DNA from: a virus | Lineage: Duplodnaviria; Caudoviricetes | DNA length: 53,277 nucleotides | Strand: one strand, 5' to 3' | IMG/VR virus record: IMGVR_UViG_3300030104_000348 | Coordinates: 1-53,277 of that record | Part shown: positions 38,005 through 47,921 of the stretch, in pieces | Position numbering within the stretch: the first letter of the stretch is position 1 | Layout of the letters: each line of letters begins with the position of its first letter | Made by a program: the position numbers and the translations under genes | The notes under the pieces: model-generated | What the model saw: only the letters and a program-made list of their open reading frames with translations | Told to the model about the DNA's origin: nothing | The model's database searches: none

Positions 38005-39078
38005 TTACGCTACATTATATTTAGCAGTCACGATAGCTTCAGGTCGAAGTATCTTTCTGCCATACAAATGCATACCACGAACAATATCAGCGAAACTGTC
38101 AGGGTCTCTGTAAGTTTCTGTTTTATTGATTTGTTCAGCAGTAGCTACTGAAGAACTGTGTCCTGCAACGATAACACCATAGTTAGTGTTTTGGTTTGCT
38201 GAACCTGTAGTTCCCGGACCTGTTCCAGCGGCAGGTAAATTGTTTGATGAGTAAACATCAAAACCATGTAACTTGCCTACAGAAAGTCCTGATCTTAATC
38301 CACCTGATTCACCAAAGTCTGCATTGAGAAGTCTTGAGTCTTCATCTTTTAGAACTTCAATAAAAGTTGGATGTAACACAAGCCATCTACCGTCTGTGTC
38401 TACAAATTGTGTATCTAACAGTCTGCCCATTCTTGCAATAACTTGCAATGGTGTAGCAGTAGCAGTTGCTTGTGCAGTAGCACCGGGCATACGTGGTGCT
38501 AATGGGATAGAGTGGTCACCAGCACTTGATGTGGTGATGTTACCAAAACTATCTTTTCTCAACTTCATGCTTGTTAGCAATTCATCAGAACCTGCAGTTG
38601 ATACAGCTTTTGTACCATTTACAGTTGAGTTTGCTGAACTCGCTACGGAGTTGATTGAGGATTGTGCAAATCCTGATAAATAACCAAGAACTTCTTGGTC
38701 ATATTGGTCTTTTAGTCTGTAACCTGCTCTGTCACTTGCGAGTTGAGAGAAGTTTACGTGACTATGTGCTTCTTCTATGTCATCAATCTTAAAAGCATAA
38801 TAGTTTGCTTGATCAATAGTTAAGCTGAAGTCTTCGTCATCAAGGTCTTGTGGTTGAATATTTGTACCACGAGCATATTCCTTGACTGTGATTTCTGGTT
38901 CTTTAATAATCTTAACAGTATCACCCATTGCAGAGATTTCACCAAAGTAATCAGAATTAGTAATACTTTCTACAATAGAACTTTTTCTGAATGCTAGTTG
39001 AACCTGCTTCGAATATATTACAGGTGAGAAATTACCGTTAGGTAGATTACCATATCCAGCAGCCGTTTTAAACGCCAT
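38005..39078 (-). CDS. major capsid protein
   Basis: FSPVIYSK, GDTVKI, DGRWLV, R...SFADIVRGMHLYG.KILRPE. Confidence 0.88.
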   Translation of the reverse strand: MAFKTAAGYGNLPNGNFSPVIYSKQVQLAFRKSSIVESITNSDYFGEISAMGDTVKIIKEPEITVKEYARGTNIQPQDLDDEDFSLTIDQANYYAFKIDDIEEAHSHVNFSQLASDRAGYRLKDQYDQEVLGYLSGFAQSSINSVASSANSTVNGTKAVSTAGSDELLTSMKLRKDSFGNITTSSAGDHSIPLAPRMPGATAQATATATPLQVIARMGRLLDTQFVDTDGRWLVLHPTFIEVLKDEDSRLLNADFGESGGLRSGLSVGKLHGFDVYSSNNLPAAGTGPGTTGSANQNTNYGVIVAGHSSSVATAEQINKTETYRDPDSFADIVRGMHLYGRKILRPEAIVTAKYNVA

Positions 39079-39260
39079 AGTAGTTTCTCCTATTTTTACT
39101 ACTTACAAATGCAAAATATGTAATTTATTTGAGGTCTATTGTTCAAAGGTGCAACATTATTTGTACAGATAAGTTGGGCTTTTACTAGACAGAGTAGGTC
39201 TAATATCTTTATATTTGCGAAAAAATACAATTAAGTTATTAATTGCATTTATATACTATA

Positions 39261-39288
39261 GTTATACACATAAATTATTGTTTGTCAA
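39261..39288 (-). promoter_or_regulatory. sigma70-like promoter for capsid gene
   Basis: TTGACA-16-TATAAC; shares TTGACAAACAA and GTGTATAA with the 31134 promoter. Confidence 0.6.
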
Positions 39289-39294
39289 CTATAT

Positions 39295-40152
39295 TTATCT
39301 TGCAGAGCCTGATAAATCATAGATAAATTTACCACTTCTGATAGCTTCCATTATCTTTTCTTGATTTTTTTCGTATTGTTCAGGTGACATTTTATCTACT
39401 TGAGACTCTCTAAAAAAGTTTTTAGATTCATCAATGTCAGGTTCTGCTCTATTATTTTTAGTTTTTACAACTTTCGCAGCATCATTATTAGCTTTAGGTT
39501 TGTTAATAATATTTTTATCAACTTTATATAAATCTATTGCTCTAGCAGCAGATCGTGCATCATTGTCATTGTCATATAATGCATCTTGAACCCATTTAGG
39601 CTGTTCTTCTGCCCACTCGTGAAAGTCATCACTATCTCTTATGTCAGCAAAATCAGGATGTATTCTCATTAATTCTGCTTCTGCTTTTTCTTTTGTAGCA
39701 TTTAATTGTAACTCATTAATGCTTTTTACTCTTTCTTCTAATTGTTTTGAAGTTTCTTTTGCTTTCTTAATAGCAATTGTTTCAACCATTGCAGCAACAT
39801 CAGGATATTCTTTAGCCCAAGTTTCTAACTCTTCTTCTGTCTTAGGTAGTTTAATTTCTTTTTTCGTTGCTTCAGATAATTGTTTAGAAAGTTCTTCTAC
39901 TCTCAATAGCAAATCTTTTTCTTTTTGCTGAGAATGTCTTCTTAAATCGCCATACCTTTTTTTAAATGTTTTTTCTTCGGCACTTTTAGGTTCTTCTTCT
40001 TTCTCTTCTTCTTTTAGTTCAGGTTCTTTTTCCTGTTCCATCATTTTTTTTAGTTCTTCTTCATCCTTCTTTATTCTTTCTTCTACATTAGAAGGTTTAC
40101 TCATAAATGCAACTTTCTTAGGTGTTGCTTCCTGTACTATAGCTTCAGCCAT
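39295..40152 (-). CDS. capsid scaffolding protein
   Basis: charged coiled coil, FKKRYGDLRRH, HPDF, directly upstream of MCP. Confidence 0.75.
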   Translation of the reverse strand: MAEAIVQEATPKKVAFMSKPSNVEERIKKDEEELKKMMEQEKEPELKEEEKEEEPKSAEEKTFKKRYGDLRRHSQQKEKDLLLRVEELSKQLSEATKKEIKLPKTEEELETWAKEYPDVAAMVETIAIKKAKETSKQLEERVKSINELQLNATKEKAEAELMRIHPDFADIRDSDDFHEWAEEQPKWVQDALYDNDNDARSAARAIDLYKVDKNIINKPKANNDAAKVVKTKNNRAEPDIDESKNFFRESQVDKMSPEQYEKNQEKIMEAIRSGKFIYDLSGSAR

Positions 40153-40214
40153 AATTTTCTCCTTTGGGGTTATCGTAGCCAGTTAGTTGGGGGATAAGTA
40201 GCCATCAATGCAGG

Positions 40215-42044
40215 TTATTTTTTAGAAGCTAACCCACCACGCTTCATAACTTTTTTCTTTGATTTTTTAGATTTATTCATTAAACCACCTTTTGCACGAA
40301 CATATCCTTGTCCACCTTCTCTTTTAGACCTAGAAACTTCTGCTTTTTGTTCTTCTGTTCTTGAATCTCGTGCCGCTTGTGCCGCTTCTCTATCTGCCTT
40401 TTCTTGTTCTCTTTGTGCTTTATCTTCTAATTGCTTTAAATATGCTTTAGCTGCAGCATCTTGTTGTGCTTTTTCTGCAGCTAATTGTATTACTTTTTTT
40501 CTAGCTATGTCAGCTTCTACTTTATTTTGTTCTTCTTGTAACTTTTTATTAAATAATTCATCATCAGTCATTTCGTTTTCTGTTTTAATTTTTTTAGTTC
40601 TATAAAATTCATCATCAGTTTGACCCATTGGTGGTGATTTTTGTATTTCTACTTTTGGTATTGTTACTCCTGATGTAGTTTCAGTTTTATCTAAAGATGC
40701 AGGGTCTATTTGAGATGGGTCTTGTATAGCTGTTCCACTTGCACCTCCTGCAATTTGAGATGCTGTAGGAACACCTAATTGAAAATCACTTACAGTAGCA
40801 GGAATAATAGATGCACTGCCTACATTTGTTGTACCTGATAATGTACTGCCTACTTTTGCTGTTGTAACTTCTGCAGGTTTTACACTTGAAGTAAAAGTTG
40901 TGCCTGTTGGATATCCTTCTTCTTCGTCTTCAAAACCACCTGCTGCTATTTTAGCTGCATCTTCTAAACTAAAATCTGTAAATGAAATTTGATTACCTGA
41001 TTTATCAAAATTATCAGGGTCTAGTATAGTGTAAGGACTTGGATTATTTAAATTTTGATTGGCTAATTTAATGCTAGGAAATAAAAATCCCGGAACAGGT
41101 CTTCCCATTACTGTATACTTACCATCTTTAATAAACTGAACAGCTTCTTCTGCACTTAATCCTTTTTGTTTCATAACTCTTTGAATAGTATCTACGTAAC
41201 TTTTTATTGTTGTATTTTCTCTTTCTCTCATATTTTTAGGAGACGTTGCATCACCTTCTCTATCTTCAGTTACTTTAGTTGTTTCAACAGTAGTTTCTTT
41301 AGGTGCTGTTTCTTCCACAGCATCAGGGTCTTCCATAGTAAAACCTTTTTCTAATAATTCTTCAACCTTATCTTGGTATGCAGGTAAAGGTTCACCATCT
41401 TTATATGCAACATACTGTATCTCGCCATTAGGTCCTACAAACTTACGTAATTCATCATATTTATATGGTTTTGTTCCTATTAACTCTTCGTATGTTGCAG
41501 GTGTTTCAGGTTCAGGATCACCTTCTTTTGGTTGGTTATAAAATTTAGCTTCTTCATTTGATGGTGGTGGTGACTTTTTAGGTGGGTTTGGTGATGGCTT
41601 TTGAGGTGGAAATACTCCTGTTATCGTTCTTGGTGTTCTTTTAAATTTTGAGTCTACTGTGTAAGTTCCTGTATTAGGATTTACATCTCCACCTGTTTGC
41701 ATTTTTGTTGGTTCATTTTCTATATCTAAATCGTCTATAGTAAAAGGCACATCATCAGGCATTGTAGCTTCTTCTGAGTTACCCATTTGACCCATTTCTT
41801 CCATACGTTTAAGACCTGCTTTAGCTTGTTGTCTTATCATCATAAGTTTTTCTAAACCTATAAACCTAACTACATCTGCAGGAAAGACAAACTCGCCTTC
41901 ACTTAGTTGTGCAGGTATATCATCTCTAACTTCTTCTTGTGCAGAACCTACAGGTACTTCGTTGCCTGATACAGGATCAACTGTGCCACCATCTTGTTCT
42001 AATCCACCTTCTTGAAATAGGCTCATTTGTTGTTGTAAACTCAT
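40215..42044 (-). CDS. virion-region protein with DDIPAxLSEGEFV motif
   Basis: conserved-looking N-terminus, low-complexity middle, four xxGG motifs. Confidence 0.65.
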   Translation of the reverse strand: MSLQQQMSLFQEGGLEQDGGTVDPVSGNEVPVGSAQEEVRDDIPAQLSEGEFVFPADVVRFIGLEKLMMIRQQAKAGLKRMEEMGQMGNSEEATMPDDVPFTIDDLDIENEPTKMQTGGDVNPNTGTYTVDSKFKRTPRTITGVFPPQKPSPNPPKKSPPPSNEEAKFYNQPKEGDPEPETPATYEELIGTKPYKYDELRKFVGPNGEIQYVAYKDGEPLPAYQDKVEELLEKGFTMEDPDAVEETAPKETTVETTKVTEDREGDATSPKNMRERENTTIKSYVDTIQRVMKQKGLSAEEAVQFIKDGKYTVMGRPVPGFLFPSIKLANQNLNNPSPYTILDPDNFDKSGNQISFTDFSLEDAAKIAAGGFEDEEEGYPTGTTFTSSVKPAEVTTAKVGSTLSGTTNVGSASIIPATVSDFQLGVPTASQIAGGASGTAIQDPSQIDPASLDKTETTSGVTIPKVEIQKSPPMGQTDDEFYRTKKIKTENEMTDDELFNKKLQEEQNKVEADIARKKVIQLAAEKAQQDAAAKAYLKQLEDKAQREQEKADREAAQAARDSRTEEQKAEVSRSKREGGQGYVRAKGGLMNKSKKSKKKVMKRGGLASKK

Positions 42045-43357
42045 ATCATACCACCTTTGTATCTATCTAATCTAGGATCACCTTTTGTTTTTGTTTCACT
42101 AAATTTATATTTAACCTGATCTGGTTCTAATAGCATATAGCTATCTGCAAACATATCTAATTTATCCTCTTCTCTTGTATTTTTGTAAATATAAGAATCA
42201 TATCCATTTTTATTTGCTATCTTTTTTATTTTATCAAACCATATTTTACGATCTTCGAAATTAACAATCTTATTTTCTTTACGTCTAGCTTGTTCTTTTA
42301 ATGCACTAAGAACTAAATCTTTCCATAATTTCTCATCCATTTTTTCTGTTACCATTGATTGTTTTATTTTTGGGTCGTAGTTTTTTACAGCCATTTCTGC
42401 TGCATCATCAGACATAAAATATGTTACACCTTCGTATTCTACTTTTGGTTTATTTTTTAAACTTATCATGGCTTCGGCTGTTTGTGTCATAAAATCCATC
42501 ATTGGTTTATCATTAGATGCAACAGTTATATTGTTTAACCAATTTTGAGGACTATAAAATAATCCTACATCAGGAACACGAGCAGGTTTTAAATCATCTG
42601 CAATTTTTAAAGGAAAGGTTCTTTGTCCTATAGCTTTTATATCTTTTCCTTCAAGTTCTAAAGTAGGTTTATTTGTAACATCTGCTACTCTATATTTCAT
42701 TATATTTACAGTATCTGCTTGTCCTTTTGTACCTACATGTATTCCAAAATCAGATTCACCCATTAAATTAAACTTATCTCCTTCTATTTCTCCTTTACCT
42801 AAATGATATACATTTTTTGTATATGTTGTTGTAGGTTTTAATTTTTCTTTTTTAATTTTAATACTAACTTTTTCTTTTTTTGGTTTAATACTAACTTCTT
42901 CTTTTGGTAAAGATTTTTTTATTCCTGTTTGTAATCCCTTAACTAATGCTTTACCTGAAATAAATCCACTAATTATTTCTCCTGTCATTTGTGCAGGATC
43001 ACTAGCATTTGAAGGTATACCTATTGAATTTAACATCTGATCAAATTTAGCCCTACCAAATTTTTGTTGTAAAAAATCTATCTGTGGTTGTACAGATGTT
43101 GCAATAGCAGATATGTTTTTTGAACCATAGTTTATTGCTAAATCATTTACAAGTTTATTTAATTCTAATAAATCAGAAGGTATAGCTGCTGTGCCTACAG
43201 CAACCCCAATACCTGCTTTCTTCATTCCTTCTGCTTGTTTTTTAGCAAAATCTTTAAAAGAACCTTGTTCTCCTCTTGCAAATTTACCACCCAGAGCATA
43301 TTCAGGCAAAAGTTTATTTATTTGTGCACGTATTTGTTCTTGTGATGGACTAGCCAT
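42041..43357 (-). CDS. protein with putative ADP-ribosyltransferase (ART-PolyVal-like) domain
   Basis: VYH, GIHVGT, GYDSYIY.N..E, SY..L.PDQVK. Confidence 0.5.
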   Translation of the reverse strand: MASPSQEQIRAQINKLLPEYALGGKFARGEQGSFKDFAKKQAEGMKKAGIGVAVGTAAIPSDLLELNKLVNDLAINYGSKNISAIATSVQPQIDFLQQKFGRAKFDQMLNSIGIPSNASDPAQMTGEIISGFISGKALVKGLQTGIKKSLPKEEVSIKPKKEKVSIKIKKEKLKPTTTYTKNVYHLGKGEIEGDKFNLMGESDFGIHVGTKGQADTVNIMKYRVADVTNKPTLELEGKDIKAIGQRTFPLKIADDLKPARVPDVGLFYSPQNWLNNITVASNDKPMMDFMTQTAEAMISLKNKPKVEYEGVTYFMSDDAAEMAVKNYDPKIKQSMVTEKMDEKLWKDLVLSALKEQARRKENKIVNFEDRKIWFDKIKKIANKNGYDSYIYKNTREEDKLDMFADSYMLLEPDQVKYKFSETKTKGDPRLDRYKGGMI

Positions 43358-43556
43358 TTACCTCATCTCTTAATAATTTAAGTCTACGTAAAGATGCTAT
43401 TGCACCTTGTGATCTATACATTAAAATACTATTATCAGATTGTTCTAATGCTTTATGTTGTTGTACTATTAATTGTTCTATATAGTTACTGAACGCTTCC
43501 CATTGGTGGTTGTTGTTCACCAACGGTTTCAGTTTGCTGAGTATTTGCTTGTCCAC
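43350..43556 (-). CDS. conserved small protein downstream of portal
   Basis: YRSQGAIASLRRL..LRDEV; GTG start. Confidence 0.7.
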   Translation of the reverse strand: MDKQILSKLKPLVNNNHQWEAFSNYIEQLIVQQHKALEQSDNSILMYRSQGAIASLRRLKLLRDEVNG

Positions 43557-45627
43557 TGTCTTGAGGTACTCCTGTAAATCCTTGTTCTCCCGGAATAGGT
43601 GCTTGTCCTGTTCCTATTGTTCCACCACCTGCTCCTGTTGGATCGCTAGGGTCTGCTCCTGCAGGTGCTTGTTGCTGTGGTGGTTGTTGTGGCATAGGTT
43701 GTTGGAAGCCCTTCATTAGTTCTGCCTGTATTGCTGCATCATTCATGTTGTTTGTTACCTTATCAGGATCAAGGTCTAATGACTTAGCAATCTCTCTTAT
43801 AACATATTGAAACTTAGCAAAAGGTGCTAAAGCAGGATTTGCTGCAACTTGTAAAAATTGCATCAGTCTTTGTGACCTAACTTCGTTAGCCATTAGACTT
43901 TCTGTTCCTCTTGCTTTAACTTCTAAATCACCTTTTATTTCAGAGTTATAATCAAACTGCATATTAAATCTAAATAAACCTTCACCTAAAGGTCTTAACA
44001 AATAGTCATCAACATTTTTAATAACTGTTTTTATACTACCACTTGCTGCATTCATTAACATAGATATACCACTTGCAGTTCTACCCACACCTGTGACACC
44101 TGTTTGTCCATGAGCAAATGATGGCAATCCTGTTGATTCATCTGATAACTGTCTTGCTTTATCAAACAACTGTAAATTTTCATTTGACACATTTGGAAAC
44201 TTCGTACCAAAAATAGCTTGACCCGGTGCTCCACCTTGTCTTCTAAATATTTTACCCGGATATACAGACAAGTCCTGTCCCGGAACTAAATTAGTTTCAT
44301 CTACTTCTATTAACATATTACCTGATAACACAGCGTTATCTACAGCCATTCTCATAAATCCATTCATTAATGTCTGTGTATCATCCATGTTTTCGGCTAT
44401 ACCCACACCAAAAAATGAATATGGATTAAGTTCATAAGGTGCAGCTACATAAGGTATCTTAGCAGGTTTAAATGGATTAAGAACCATACGTAATAGTTTA
44501 CCGTTACATATCCATGCATTTATTTGTAGTTCATCAAAGTCTCGTAATTCTTTTGGTATTTCTACATTCTGTTCTTCTAACATATCGGTATCACACATAC
44601 CCCAATACTCAAGAACTTCATATCTTTCAATTCCATATTCAGGTGCATAGTCTGCTAAATCATCTTCCCAAGATTCTTTAGTATAATTTTCTCCTTCCTC
44701 TATTGCATCTTCTATTACGCTATCTCTAAAGTGAGGTCTTCTTTTTAAACTACGTAGTTGACTTCTTGACATTTTATGTCTTTCAATAACGTATGTTACC
44801 TCATCCATATTGTTTGCATCAGGATCAGGATAAAAATTCCAAACAGATACATGATTAACTTGTGGAACTGTTTTAAATAAAGGACTATAATCACCCTCAT
44901 CATTCCAATTAGGGTATTCTTTATCTATAGCAAAAGGTCCTTTCATTACACCTGTGCCAAACAATGCCATTTCAAAAGCTGTACTTCTTAAATGTTTATT
45001 AGCACCTGACTCTTGTAATTGATCGTGTATTTTCTTTTCCATACTTTTTGCTGCAATCATTGCAGGACTAAAAGTTACAGATGTTGGTGTTGTTCCTGCA
45101 CCCTCTTTTAAACCTTCTATATCTGATAACTTTTCTTTTAAAGGACCTAGTTGTTCTTTTAAACTTCTTTCTGTAGCACCTGCAGGTAATTTTTTACCAT
45201 CATCAGCATATCCATAAGGAGATTGTAATTCTTCAGGTTCTTTAAGTTCATCTGGTTGTTTTGGATCAAAATGTACATCTCCTACTACACCTTCAGGTAG
45301 TTCCGTAGGTTCTATACTTAAAGGAAATTTATTATTAGAAAACAATACATCTACAATTTGTCCATAAGCAGCAAGTGTTTTTGTTTTAGTTACTTTTATA
45401 AAAACTCTAGATTTTTCTGCTTCTGTAAATTGTACGTCTGAACCATAGATACCTCTGTAGTTTCTATAAGAACGTAACCATCTTGATTCATCGTTTTCTC
45501 TGTATTTATCAGCACGATGATATTTTTCCATTATAAATGGTATTATGCCTGATTCATCTGTTTGTGTATCTTTACCATCTTCTAAAGATATAGCTTCATC
45601 TTCGATAATAATTTCTTCTTCTGCCAT
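43486..45627 (-). CDS. portal protein
   Basis: 713 aa after TerL; LFGTGVMKGP, FYPDP, GRTASG, Q/P-rich tail. Confidence 0.85.
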   Translation of the reverse strand: MAEEEIIIEDEAISLEDGKDTQTDESGIIPFIMEKYHRADKYRENDESRWLRSYRNYRGIYGSDVQFTEAEKSRVFIKVTKTKTLAAYGQIVDVLFSNNKFPLSIEPTELPEGVVGDVHFDPKQPDELKEPEELQSPYGYADDGKKLPAGATERSLKEQLGPLKEKLSDIEGLKEGAGTTPTSVTFSPAMIAAKSMEKKIHDQLQESGANKHLRSTAFEMALFGTGVMKGPFAIDKEYPNWNDEGDYSPLFKTVPQVNHVSVWNFYPDPDANNMDEVTYVIERHKMSRSQLRSLKRRPHFRDSVIEDAIEEGENYTKESWEDDLADYAPEYGIERYEVLEYWGMCDTDMLEEQNVEIPKELRDFDELQINAWICNGKLLRMVLNPFKPAKIPYVAAPYELNPYSFFGVGIAENMDDTQTLMNGFMRMAVDNAVLSGNMLIEVDETNLVPGQDLSVYPGKIFRRQGGAPGQAIFGTKFPNVSNENLQLFDKARQLSDESTGLPSFAHGQTGVTGVGRTASGISMLMNAASGSIKTVIKNVDDYLLRPLGEGLFRFNMQFDYNSEIKGDLEVKARGTESLMANEVRSQRLMQFLQVAANPALAPFAKFQYVIREIAKSLDLDPDKVTNNMNDAAIQAELMKGFQQPMPQQPPQQQAPAGADPSDPTGAGGGTIGTGQAPIPGEQGFTGVPQDSGQANTQQTETVGEQQPPMGSVQ

Positions 45628-45636
45628 AATTTTTCC

Positions 45637-47196
45637 TTAATATCCAAATGTTGTATCTGCTATAGGCATACTACTTGTGGGAGTACCCATAGGATCATAA
45701 TCAAATATACTAAATCTAGGTCTTGACATAATGCCATACCTTAATGCATCATATAAGTGATCTTCAGATTTAGTATCTACATCTTCAGGATTTTTCTTAT
45801 CCAATGGTATTGCAGGTATTTGTGATATTAAATTTACACAGTTATTAAAAAACACTAATCTTGGTTCTTCTGTAAACTCATCTACCTGTAATCTTCTATG
45901 CAACTCGTTCTTACCTGATACACGAGAACCTTTACTTCTATCTGATGGTCTCCATCTACAACCTCGTATAATCATTTGTTCTGCTAGTGAAGGACCTGTA
46001 TCACCTCTTTTATGCCATAAACTAGAGTCTAATACTCCATACTTCATATTACCATCACCTGATTCTAAATCTAAAACCATATCTGCTAAGTCTGTCGCAA
46101 GAACCTTTGATACATAAAGTTCACGATATACCACAAGTTGTTCAGCAGGTGAAACAGCAAACCAAACAACCCCTGAATAACTGCCGTAACCATAGTCACA
46201 AGCACGAAACTTAACCCAATTGTTAGGGATACTATAAGGCTCAACAACATGTATATCCCTGTTAAATTCAGTAAATGCTGCACCTTCTTTAATATCCCAA
46301 TCACCTTCCAAGAGTTGTCTTCTCTGTTGTTCAGGAAGGGAAAGTAGCATTGCTTCATAGTCTCCACTTTCTGCGAGGTATGGATTATCAGATAATCTTG
46401 CAGGAATAAATCTCCGTTTAAATAAGGATTTTCCTGCTTTTCTATGTCCTGCAGGGTACTTAAGAATTTCTCCTGTTTCAATATCTGTTGCATCAAATGC
46501 GTTTCCATAAGGTGCTTGGTCAATAAACATTTTCTTAACCCAATGATGTCCTATGCCACCCGGGTTAGTTGTTGCTCTCATAAATATTGGCAAGTCAGGT
46601 GCTGTAGAACGTAAACGTGAACGCATATAATTCCAAGCAAAAGAACTTCCCCATTGTGTTAATTCATCAAAGCCTATCCAACTAAAAGCCAAACCTTGAT
46701 AACGCATAACATCTTCATCTCTATCAAGATAAGACATCCACAATCTTGCACCTGATGGTGCTACCCATTGCATTTTTCTTTCATACCACTTTATACCCTT
46801 CCATACTTTTGGGTATAACTCTTGAGATTTAAATATAAGTTCTCTTAGTTCTTCTGTAGTATGTCTTAAAAGTAATCCACTAAACTGTGGATGACCCATA
46901 TATCTAAGAGGATCAGCTAACATAGCAAACGACTTGCCACCACCTGCTGAACCACCATATAAAACTTCTCTTTCAGATGCAGCAAGAAACTCTGTTTGAG
47001 GACCTTTGTTAGGTGCAAATACTATATTTTGTTCTTCAATAGTAGGTTTTTCAACACCCTCAACTATAGTGTTAGTTAGTGTAGGTTTTTGCTCCTGTTC
47101 TAGTTTCTTCGATTTCTTTCGCTTTGAAGATCGCCTTTTCTGCATATTCTGCCCACTTGCGTAGGCTTCTAACTGTGTTCTTACGTTTCTGCTCAT
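45637..47196 (-). CDS. terL: terminase large subunit (start uncertain)
   Basis: GGSAGGGKS, FDELT, ATTNPGG, DYG, DHLYDALRY. Confidence 0.92.
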   Translation of the reverse strand: MSRNVRTQLEAYASGQNMQKRRSSKRKKSKKLEQEQKPTLTNTIVEGVEKPTIEEQNIVFAPNKGPQTEFLAASEREVLYGGSAGGGKSFAMLADPLRYMGHPQFSGLLLRHTTEELRELIFKSQELYPKVWKGIKWYERKMQWVAPSGARLWMSYLDRDEDVMRYQGLAFSWIGFDELTQWGSSFAWNYMRSRLRSTAPDLPIFMRATTNPGGIGHHWVKKMFIDQAPYGNAFDATDIETGEILKYPAGHRKAGKSLFKRRFIPARLSDNPYLAESGDYEAMLLSLPEQQRRQLLEGDWDIKEGAAFTEFNRDIHVVEPYSIPNNWVKFRACDYGYGSYSGVVWFAVSPAEQLVVYRELYVSKVLATDLADMVLDLESGDGNMKYGVLDSSLWHKRGDTGPSLAEQMIIRGCRWRPSDRSKGSRVSGKNELHRRLQVDEFTEEPRLVFFNNCVNLISQIPAIPLDKKNPEDVDTKSEDHLYDALRYGIMSRPRFSIFDYDPMGTPTSSMPIADTTFGY

Positions 47197-47476
47197 GCTG
47201 TAATCTTTTTCTTAATCCTACGTGTGATATATACCTGCCTGTTTGTGTTGTAAGCCAATTAGCTACTTCCCTGTAAGAATACTGTTTTATATAAATTCTT
47301 GCAATTTCTAATTTATCTAATTCTTCTTGTACAGGATTTAGTATATAAGAATCATCTTTATCTTGCACATAACCAAAAGGTATTGTTCTTGCAATTCGTG
47401 GAATAGAAATCCACTCATCCTCTTCTTTTATATCTGTTGGTTGTGGTAATTCCCACTTACCTGCACTTCTAGTCAT
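47072..47476 (-). CDS. HTH DNA-binding protein upstream of TerL
   Basis: IPFGY, SYREVANWL, ISHVGLRKR. Confidence 0.6.
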   Translation of the reverse strand: MTRSAGKWELPQPTDIKEEDEWISIPRIARTIPFGYVQDKDDSYILNPVQEELDKLEIARIYIKQYSYREVANWLTTQTGRYISHVGLRKRLQHEQKRKNTVRSLRKWAEYAEKAIFKAKEIEETRTGAKTYTN

Positions 47477-47843
47477 CGTCTTCTACAGGTTTTTTAGTAG
47501 GCATAAGCATAACACCACCTGATGCTTCTACTTGAACCTTTTCTGTTTTTATCAAACCTGTTCTATCTAGTAATTCTTTGGCTGCCGTCATTTTATCTCG
47601 TATACCTAATTCTGTAGGATCAACTAATCCACCCACCATAGCCATTGCTGCACGAGGTGCATTACTAGCCATGTATAGTTGCGTAGCTTCAAATATTTCG
47701 TCTTTTATCCCTTTTATTATTTCTTGATTGTTTGTATTAGGTGAATACCCTGCGATAATTTTAGCATCTTTAATATTGCCATTTGCTTCTGCAAATAGTG
47801 CATCAATAAATTTTTGCTGTCTTTCAGTTAATTTTCTAGCCAT
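47469..47843 (-). CDS. terminase small subunit-like protein
   Basis: LTERQQKF...A..AGYS, AAKELLDR. Confidence 0.6.
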   Translation of the reverse strand: MARKLTERQQKFIDALFAEANGNIKDAKIIAGYSPNTNNQEIIKGIKDEIFEATQLYMASNAPRAAMAMVGGLVDPTELGIRDKMTAAKELLDRTGLIKTEKVQVEASGGVMLMPTKKPVEDDD

Positions 47844-47921
47844 GTTTTATAAACTTTCTTTCTCTAGGTTTAAAAAACTCTTTTAAGTTTTCTATGTGTT
47901 TTTTTCTTATTTTTTGTTTTT

